From a virus (Duplodnaviria > Caudoviricetes): 64,000 nt of DNA. Below are positions 57,432 to 64,000 of the stretch, piece by piece. The DNA lies in IMG/VR virus record IMGVR_UViG_3300018481_000022, positions 858 to 64,857 of that record; one strand, given 5' to 3'. The position numbers were made by a program, and so were the translations under genes. Every line of letters starts with the position of its first letter. Position 1 is the stretch's first letter. Below the pieces are notes generated by a model, which saw only the letters and a program-made list of their open reading frames with translations, ran no database searches and was not told the DNA's origin.

Positions 57432-57788
57432 ATGCCGCCGTCGATTCGGTGCAAAACGTGCAAGCGGCGAAGCTTCAACCTGACCGACGTTCGAGAGCGT
57501 TTCTGTGGGCGATGTCACAAATTCCACGACAGCCCCGGTGACTACGACCTCGAAGGCGTCGTGTTCACGCCAAGCGAAGCGACCCCCGACACGCTACGTA
57601 TGCTCGCTGACGTCGTTCACAATCACCTGACCGACCGTGAGCGCGAAGTAATTTTCCGAGCTGTCGTCGAGCACAACGAGGCGCTGACGATCGAGCTCTT
57701 GAAGCACGGGGGCAAGGAGCTCGACACGGAAACGTGGGCGAAGCTGATTCTATGGTGCGCCCGAATCGCAATCAAGGAAGGTGCATGA
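57432..57788 (+). CDS. Zinc-finger hypothetical protein
   Basis: I.C..C...SFN..DV...FCG.CH.FH. Confidence 0.6.
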   Translation: MPPSIRCKTCKRRSFNLTDVRERFCGRCHKFHDSPGDYDLEGVVFTPSEATPDTLRMLADVVHNHLTDREREVIFRAVVEHNEALTIELLKHGGKELDTETWAKLILWCARIAIKEGA

Positions 57789-57791
57789 CGC

Positions 57792-58223
57792 ATGACGCAA
57801 ACACGAACACAGACGTATTCACTCGCAATCCTAGACGTTCTGCCCTCGACGTTCGCAGACATCCGACGGCGTCTTCTCGCCGCGGGCTATGAAGACACGA
57901 TCAACGACCTCGTCGGCCAAATCAACATGAACGGCCTCGCGATCGAAGCACGACCCGAACCGCCCGAGCGCAACGCCCTCGACGTCTATCAGAAGGCACG
58001 CGACGGCCTCTACGTGACGACTCTCGGCCCCGACGACCCAAGATACTCGGCCGAAATCGAACGCGTCACCGCGGCCTTCAAGCGCGACGCATTGCTTCAC
58101 GTCGGCCTTCACGATCACCCCAAGTGCGACGAAATCTACGCATTCGCGGTTCGCTCCGATGAAAACGCCGAACCGCTCTTGATTCTGTGGGCGCTCGACC
58201 GAATCGCGGGCTTCATGCGCTGA
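57792..58223 (+). CDS. Hypothetical protein
   Basis: TY..L.V....F.DI..RL..AGY phage motif; RBS AAGG. Confidence 0.6.
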   Translation: MTQTRTQTYSLAILDVLPSTFADIRRRLLAAGYEDTINDLVGQINMNGLAIEARPEPPERNALDVYQKARDGLYVTTLGPDDPRYSAEIERVTAAFKRDALLHVGLHDHPKCDEIYAFAVRSDENAEPLLILWALDRIAGFMR

Positions 58224-58236
58224 AGCTGGCCAGGCC

Positions 58237-58455
58237 ATGAAGGAAGAAAAAGAGCTGTGGAAATTGGCGGGCAGAACGGCGCTCGCGCTCGCGCTCGTGA
58301 TCGCCAACCTGTTCTTCTCTGCATTCACGCTCGTAGCGATTCACTACGGGGCGCCAATCGTGTTTGCGCTCATGCTGGCGATGCTGCTCTTCGTCAACGC
58401 CGTCGTCGTCACAAGAACGGTCGTCGCGCCGATCATCGAAGGCAAGTCACCCTAA
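58237..58455 (+). CDS. Two-TM membrane protein
   Basis: Two hydrophobic helices. Confidence 0.55.
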   Translation: MKEEKELWKLAGRTALALALVIANLFFSAFTLVAIHYGAPIVFALMLAMLLFVNAVVVTRTVVAPIIEGKSP

Positions 58456-58700
58456 CGACCGCGCACAAGTGCGGCCCGAAACGCATCATGCTGAACCGGA
58501 GTCGCGCGCCTAAACGGAACCTGCGCGCGCCAACATGAATACGCATTCAGGCGACGTCGACGCAACAACGTTCCGAGCTCGCGCAACTCGTGCCCAAACG
58601 ACACGAGCAACCCATGTGCGCCGTAATCCCAATACGCGTATTCGGCCAAGGCGATCCGCTTGGCCGTCAGGTAGTCAATCGCTCGTTGCAGGTCGGTCAT
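58452..58700 (-). CDS. Hypothetical protein
   Basis: L.ELG..L....AYS.W motif. Confidence 0.45.
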   Translation of the reverse strand: MTDLQRAIDYLTAKRIALAEYAYWDYGAHGLLVSFGHELRELGTLLRRRRLNAYSCWRAQVPFRRATPVQHDAFRAALVRGR

Positions 58701-58773
58701 TCGCGAGGCTTGCAAGCGTACAAGAGCCGAGCACAAGAAGGCTAGACCCGTCGGGGCGCCCGCCTCGACCCGC

Positions 58774-59262
58774 TCAGGCGTTGAAGCCGACCTCGTAGTG
58801 CGGAAGCACTCGCACACCGCGACCGCCGTGCTTGTAGCGGAACTCGATCGTCGTGCGCCGCGGCCCGACCTTCGTCACGCGCCCGTGGCGGAAACCGCTC
58901 GGGTGCGAACCGCTCGGGAAGGTCACGAACTCACCGACGACGGGCACCATGCGGATCCTGTTCGTTTCCAGGTAGCCCGCCCAATGGGCGCGCACCCGCT
59001 CGACACTCGACGCGGTCAGGTCGATCGAATGCTCGCCGCTTGCGGCGCCCGAGAACACAACGCGCTCGGGGTGTTCGTAATCCCAGCGGGCTTTCCCGTC
59101 GATCACGAAAGCGGCCTTGCGCCAGTATTCGCGCTGAATGCGGATCCGTGCGAGCACGGTGCCGTGGACGTTGACGCGCTTGAACTCGTTGGCTTCGATC
59201 GCACGCTTGAGTTCGCCGCTCGCTGTGGCGCTGATTGGGGTGACGGTGATCGCGGTAGGCAT
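58774..59262 (-). CDS. Hypothetical protein with C-terminal SH3/KOW-like region
   Basis: Strong RBS CAGGAG and duplicated promoter upstream. Confidence 0.65.
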   Translation of the reverse strand: MPTAITVTPISATASGELKRAIEANEFKRVNVHGTVLARIRIQREYWRKAAFVIDGKARWDYEHPERVVFSGAASGEHSIDLTASSVERVRAHWAGYLETNRIRMVPVVGEFVTFPSGSHPSGFRHGRVTKVGPRRTTIEFRYKHGGRGVRVLPHYEVGFNA

Positions 59263-59296
59263 GGTTTCGGTTACTCCTGAGTTGCTGACAAGCTAC

Positions 59297-59324
59297 AGAT
59301 TAGCAGGCGTTCGCTTCAACGCAA
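59297..59324 (-). promoter_or_regulatory. Second copy of the 28-bp TTGCGT...TAATCT promoter
   Basis: Reverse complement ttgcgttgaagcgaacgcctgctaatct. Confidence 0.7.
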
Positions 59325-59433
59325 CAACTTTCTGCAAGCCACTCACAAGCCCCCGAAACCTTGGCGAAAAACTGCCCGGGGTGCGGCGCCCCTGCCCAGT
59401 GGTTGTCCCGGTCCACGCCGCACCCCGTCGAGC

Positions 59434-59787
59434 TCATTCGGCATCTGACGCAAGCATGCTTCGGAGCTCACGACGAACGATAGTTCGAATCAGGCGCGCG
59501 AGTCCATGCCATAGAAGGTCGGCGTCTTCGCGCCCCACGACCTCGACAGGGTCGCGCGCGCGGTAGGCGCGCTCGGGCGCCCGCGACACGCGCCCGGGCG
59601 ACTTCGACTTCGTAGCGCGCCCGGCTAACCGTTTCTGACGCTCTTGCCATCGAACCCGGTGAACGGTCGCGCGCGTGACGTCGAAGCCGGCTTCCTTGCC
59701 GGCGCTGACGACCTGCCCGACCGACATCGTCACGGGCTGTGCGCGGATAAACGCCGACTTCGTTGCTGGCCTCTTGCTTCGGGGCAT
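59434..59787 (-). CDS. Small basic putative DNA-binding protein
   Basis: KSAFIR..P..MS...VV..GK..G......V..VR, a pattern I recall from Polyangiales hypothetical proteins. Confidence 0.55.
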   Translation of the reverse strand: MPRSKRPATKSAFIRAQPVTMSVGQVVSAGKEAGFDVTRATVHRVRWQERQKRLAGRATKSKSPGRVSRAPERAYRARDPVEVVGREDADLLWHGLARLIRTIVRRELRSMLASDAE

Positions 59788-59886
59788 CGTTTTCGGTCTT
59801 CCCTTCCTGAAATCGGGATCTATCATCTCGCTTCAAGCTGTCCAAGCTTTCCGGGGTAACTACCTGACGAAAGGAACTTTCGAGCC

Positions 59887-60219
59887 ATGCGCCAGATGAC
59901 CCAATTTGACGCCGACATGCTACATCGCGAGATGCGCGAAGGCGGGCTTGACATCGTCGTGTCAGCCATCGCCAACCGACAGATCGACGACACGCTTGCG
60001 CTTCCGGGCGCGCTCGCCAGCATTCACCGCGTGCTTCGCGAAGAAGGGCTCGACGTACTCGTCGACGGCTTCCTGAACACGTGCCTGAAGACCTACGTTC
60101 GGAACTTCGGGGGCCCGCTTCCGGGCGACCTGCGCCCTGCCTTCGAAGCCGCCTATTGTCGAGCGACCAAGCTTCGCTTCATGCCCCTTGCGACCCGGCT
60201 TCGACCCCTGACGGCCTAG
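59887..60219 (+). CDS. Unknown helical protein, paralogue A of a triplet
   Basis: REGGL...IANRQID...FGGPLP..L...FEAAY. Confidence 0.7.
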   Translation: MRQMTQFDADMLHREMREGGLDIVVSAIANRQIDDTLALPGALASIHRVLREEGLDVLVDGFLNTCLKTYVRNFGGPLPGDLRPAFEAAYCRATKLRFMPLATRLRPLTA

Positions 60220-60239
60220 CGCCCGAAAGGTATAAATCT

Positions 60240-60614
60240 ATGTCTTCGCCGAAGGCACCGACCGAAGCCAACGAGCGACGCCGTGCCCTGTCTGAAGCCG
60301 GATTGAAGCTGATTGCGACGGTCATCGCCGATCGACAAATCGACGACGCGTGTCTAGTCGACACGGTTCGCAACGACCTGCGCCAACTTCTCGACGACAA
60401 GGGCCCGGCTGCCCTCGTCGACCTGTACGAAAAAGCATTTCAAATGTCATTTTCAATCACTTGCCGCGAGGCGTACGCCAACCTATTCGGGCGCCGACTT
60501 CCCTGTCACATGAAAGAGCTCGCCCGGGCGGCCTATCGCGAAGCTCTGACCGAACGCTTCACAGCTCTTGCCAACTCGAAACGATCGACACAAGACACCG
60601 CTCGAAAGGTATAA
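60240..60614 (+). CDS. Unknown helical protein, paralogue B
   Basis: EAGL...IADRQID...FGRRLP...AAYREALTERF; start after GAAAGG. Confidence 0.7.
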   Translation: MSSPKAPTEANERRRALSEAGLKLIATVIADRQIDDACLVDTVRNDLRQLLDDKGPAALVDLYEKAFQMSFSITCREAYANLFGRRLPCHMKELARAAYREALTERFTALANSKRSTQDTARKV

Positions 60615-60620
60615 ATCTAT

Positions 60621-60953
60621 ATGCCCCGAATCCTGATTCAGTGTGACAACGAGATGCACCGTCTACTTCGTGAAGGGGGCCTCGAACTCTTCGCGCGCGT
60701 AGTCGCCAATCGACAGATCGACGCCGCGCTAACAGCTCAGGGAAGGCTTGACGCCGCATGTCGCCGGCTTCGTGAAGAAGGCGTTCCAGCGTTGGTCGAA
60801 GAGTTCTACACCATGAGCCTGACGGCCTACGAAGACCTGTTCGGCGGTCAGCTTCCTGACGACCTTCACGAACCCTTCGAGGCCGCCTATCGACAGGCAT
60901 TGACCGAACGTTTTACGGCTCTCGCCGCCCGGGAACAGAGAAGCCACAACTAG
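60621..60953 (+). CDS. Unknown helical protein, paralogue C
   Basis: REGGL...VANRQID...FGGQLP..L..PFEAAYRQALTERF. Confidence 0.7.
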   Translation: MPRILIQCDNEMHRLLREGGLELFARVVANRQIDAALTAQGRLDAACRRLREEGVPALVEEFYTMSLTAYEDLFGGQLPDDLHEPFEAAYRQALTERFTALAAREQRSHN

Positions 60954-61242
60954 ACACCTGTCGGAAACCCTTTCCGCTCTTCAGCTGTCCGCGGTTCCGG
61001 GTATAGACGCCCGATGTAACTACTTGACGAACCCCCAAGCTGTCCACGGTTCTGACCGCAAGAACCCGGGGCCGTGCTGTCGGGGTAGTTCGTGACGATT
61101 CGTCAACTAGTTTGACCTGTCGAATGTCTCGCGACGCGCCCGATTCTCGGGTCTACATCTTCGGCTTTTGGCCTTTCGCTTACAGTTCAGAAGAGCCCTA
61201 TAACTACTTGACGAATAGTCAACTACTACCACGGTCTACCCG

Positions 61243-61518
61243 ATGCCCAAGACATACACGCTTGAAACTGCCGCCCCGTTCGACGTCGTGCGCGACATCA
61301 CCGTCGGGCCCCTCGTCGAGCGGGGCTTCACGGTCTATCTGTCGGAAGCCGAAGAACCCGAACGTGTGTGGAACGTGTGGCGATGGCTCGCTGTGATTGG
61401 GGCTCTGTCTGGCTCGCCGTTCTTCTTCCGCTTCGTGGCCCCCGAAACGACGAACCTTCAGGGCTTCGGAATAGGCTTCATCGTTTCGGCGCTCGTGCTC
61501 CTTGTCGCCCGACGGTAG
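61243..61518 (+). CDS. Small two-TM membrane protein
   Basis: Two hydrophobic segments; downstream of a palindromic site. Confidence 0.5.
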   Translation: MPKTYTLETAAPFDVVRDITVGPLVERGFTVYLSEAEEPERVWNVWRWLAVIGALSGSPFFFRFVAPETTNLQGFGIGFIVSALVLLVARR

Positions 61519-61739
61519 TAACTAATACCTTTCGGCAAGCTCGACATTTCGCCCCTGTCTTTCGGGGGCAACGTCGCGAGCATTCCCCGCTTTCGGCCCC
61601 GGGCGCCCTTCTCCGAACCTCACAACCCCGACCCGGGGCAGGTTCCCGAGACAGTGCCCGGGGTCGTGTGTCGTTCGAGGGCAGGTCGACGCTTTGGGCT
61701 GTCGGTAGTTCCCGGGGTGCGGGCTGAATCGACAGGTCT

Positions 61740-61767
61740 GACATAGCGACATAGCGACATAGCGACA
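61740..61767. repeat. 8-bp tandem repeat (GACATAGC) x3.5
   Basis: gacatagcgacatagcgacatagcgaca. Confidence 0.85.
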
Positions 61768-63291
61768 GGGCGGCGAAGGTGCCGACGACCCGACGCCGAA
61801 ACACGCTTTCGGCTCGAATCAGTCGACAGAGTCGTACGAGCTAGAAAGCGCCCATACGACCGAATCGACAGATGCGTCCGCTTGCTGGGTCAGCCATCAC
61901 TCCCGAAACCGCCGCACCTACATGTAGGGAGCCCTCACAAGTGGGGTAGGTGTGCCCCATGTCATACAAGTATCTGATGAATCATCAACTACTTACACGA
62001 TATGCCCTGTGTACTACCTGACGATTCATCAACTACTTACACGGTATGCGTCAACTACTTATACACCTGCCCTAGTAATCTATACCCATTGGCCCCACAT
62101 GCACCTGACCGCTGTCTTGCCCGGGGCGTGTGTGCGGATCGTCTGCCCTGTCGTCAGAAAGGCGTCGAGGTGAAAAGGGGTGATTCGTCGTGGGCGGCGC
62201 GAGGCAGTATATGGTGAAGATAGAGGTGCGCATGCTCTCTTGCCTGCATTCTGGAATCCGGGAAGATGTGCTGTTCTCTTATCCACACTATCTGTATGGG
62301 GGGTATGCATTCCCATTCCATGCGTAACGCTGCTCTCATAGGGGGCATACGTCACAGGTAGCAGGCACAAGGGATATATACGTATAGGGGTTCAGGGGCA
62401 GAACAGACATGACATTCTCATAGGGTACATAGGGTGCTTCTCTATCTGGCTGTAGTGACGATTCGGGAATCTTCTTGATAGGTCTGTTGGGGATGGGCTC
62501 TGTCGTATGTTGGCGCGTTTTGCCGAAATCAGCTCTCTATGTCGTGTCGCTTCGGGGTTCGTTTCCTGTGTAAATCGACCTACGTTTTCGAGGTCGCTGA
62601 AAGCTCATTTCGGGCTAGAAACCGACCTTCGGTCGGCAAGCTCTATAAAATAGTACGTTTTCTGATGTCTGTTTCCATTCGGAGCGCTTCGCGCTCTTCC
62701 TGTGGGTTGCTACGACGTGTGAGTTCCTGAACGGCCAAAGCTTGCTACGTGGAAGTAGTTGAACCGCCTTCGGCGGCGCTTCGTGTCTTTCGATGGCTGT
62801 TTTCCGCTCAGTTTTGGCGCGAAGGTGCTTTCGCCACTTCGGAAAATCGACCTTCGCACCGAAAAACGTAGCTTCGGGTAGTATTTTATACCTGTCTGGC
62901 GAAGCTCCGCTTCGACGACGTGTAATCTGAGCGACGTCGAAGTCGAGCTGTCTACGTCGATGCGAGGCCGTCAGAGCGAAGGTCGATTTCGGGTGTCTGA
63001 CCTGCGTCGATCCGGGGCGAAGCCCGTTTTCGCCGCTGACCTGCTTTTTCGAGCGCGAAGCTATGTGCTTCTAGGCAAAAGTCACTTTTGGGCGCGCTTC
63101 TGTTCGAAGCCGTGTTTTCGGATCGGATCTGGCGCCTTCGAGGCCCTTCAGCGCGAAGGTCATTTTTCGAAGGTCGTCGGAGCGAAGCTCCGCTCTTCGA
63201 GGTCGAGCTCTGTTCGTCGAGGTGCTTCGAGGTCGAGCGGGTGCGCTGACTCCAATTCGAAGATTTTGGGGTCTGCGAAGGTCGTCGGCGC

Positions 63292-63735
63292 TTACTCGTT
63301 CCTATCGGTTTCGAGTTGCCTACGTTCGTTGTCTGCAATGAGCTTTTTCATGCAAGGCTCGCACATGCGAACGGGCTTCACGTCGAGCTCGCCTTCGACC
63401 ATCTCGTAACGCATGATCGGCTTCACTTCGAGTCGCTTGCCTTCGTCGTCGTACGCTCGACCGCACGTCTGGCACGGGTCGACACATTCCGGACAGACGG
63501 TAAGCGCGTCGATGTGGTCGACTATTTTCGCTGACGCCAAGATGTGCCCGCACGTTACGCACTTCAGCACGATGACACTTGCGTCAGGCCCGAAGGCCGG
63601 ATCGATGCCGACGATCGAGGTCATTTGGGGGTCTTCGGGGGCGCCGGCCTCCAATTCGGTTGTTTCGGGCTTGATGTATACCGCTCGGAGTTCGGTAAGC
63701 TTCATCGGTTGATCCTTGTCTCGGTTGAAACGCAT
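63292..63735 (-). CDS. Zinc-finger hypothetical protein
   Basis: GIDPA.G.D; CVTCG, CPEC, CQTCG, CEPC. Confidence 0.55.
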   Translation of the reverse strand: MRFNRDKDQPMKLTELRAVYIKPETTELEAGAPEDPQMTSIVGIDPAFGPDASVIVLKCVTCGHILASAKIVDHIDALTVCPECVDPCQTCGRAYDDEGKRLEVKPIMRYEMVEGELDVKPVRMCEPCMKKLIADNERRQLETDRNE

Positions 63736-63878
63736 CGGGCACCTTCGGCGGCCTTCGAGCATAGATACACCGAGCGCTCGACCTTCGCGGGTTGATCCGG
63801 GCGCCTGTCGAGCTCTTGGCGACGTTTTCTCGGGCGCGCGCGGCCTTCCTGACCTGCGTCGGTCATGCACCCTTCGGC

Positions 63879-64000
63879 GAGCGCCAGCGGGTCGAGGTCG
63901 GCGGCCTTCGGTCGAGGTCGAGCGGTCGAGCGCCAGCGGGTCGAGGTCGGCGGCCTTCGGTCGAGGTCGAGCGGTCGAGCGCCAGCGGGTCGAGGTCGGC
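63879..64000. repeat. 49-bp perfect tandem repeat, at least 2.5 copies, running off the window
   Basis: gagcgccagcgggtcgaggtcggcggccttcggtcgaggtcgagcggtc starts at 63879, 63928 and 63977. Confidence 0.95.

Larger units (their letters stand above)
59857..62465. repeat. Dispersed imperfect palindromes TGA(C/T)GA(A/T)TC(A/G)TCA with flanking AACTAC(T/C)T
   Basis: Full sites at 61093, 61209, 61975, 62019; half sites at 59857, 61017, 62050, 62456. Confidence 0.7.
1..64000. mobile_element. Temperate contractile-tailed phage genome segment (probably excised/virion form)
   Basis: Complete head and contractile tail gene set, integrase with intact attP, phage-type small ORFs on both sides, no housekeeping genes. 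Confidence 0.95.

Noticed and set aside
61952-63409. ORFs called in the 62-63.4 kb region
   Set aside because: No RBS, atypical composition and overlap with repeats; treated as non-coding.
63879-64000. CRISPR array
   Set aside because: The units are identical along their whole length, with no unique spacers and no cas genes.
1-64000. Lysis, DNA replication, repressor or sigma factor genes
   Set aside because: No recognisable motifs in this window; presumably elsewhere in the genome.

Overview
The whole window is one GC-rich temperate myovirus-type phage segment with no host genes. A leftward virion operon spans about 41 kb to 1. It contains the terminase subunits, PBSX-type portal, MuF minor head protein, XkdF-like protease, scaffold, major capsid, a large repeat fibre protein, neck genes, and a contractile tail (sheath, tube, frameshifting chaperone, tape measure, hub, spike, gp25, baseplate J, fibres). 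At about 43.8-45.9 kb are an intact attP carrying the 3' half of tRNA-Ser(TGA), a tyrosine integrase and a likely excisionase. Phage genes on both sides of attP suggest the non-integrated form. From 46 to 61 kb is a dense set of small accessory genes: HigBA-like TA pair, SspB-like ClpXP adaptor, Acb2/Tad1-like protein, DUF1643, zinc-finger arrays and a triplet of unknown paralogues. A roughly 2 kb non-coding, repeat-rich region and a 49-bp tandem repeat end the window. A myxobacterial (Polyangiales-like) host is inferred, not shown. Most notable: (i) a non-canonical promoter-like motif, CAGC-N19-TANYT, before nine genes, mostly at leaderless spacing; (ii) a MuF protein with a C-terminal GNAT-like domain and a small coupled downstream ORF; (iii) a methyltransferase-glycosyltransferase-TPR gene inside the virion operon near a Thr/Ser/Asp-rich repeat fibre; (iv) a candidate structured RNA between terS and terL. 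All family calls come from motif recognition by eye; no searches were run.
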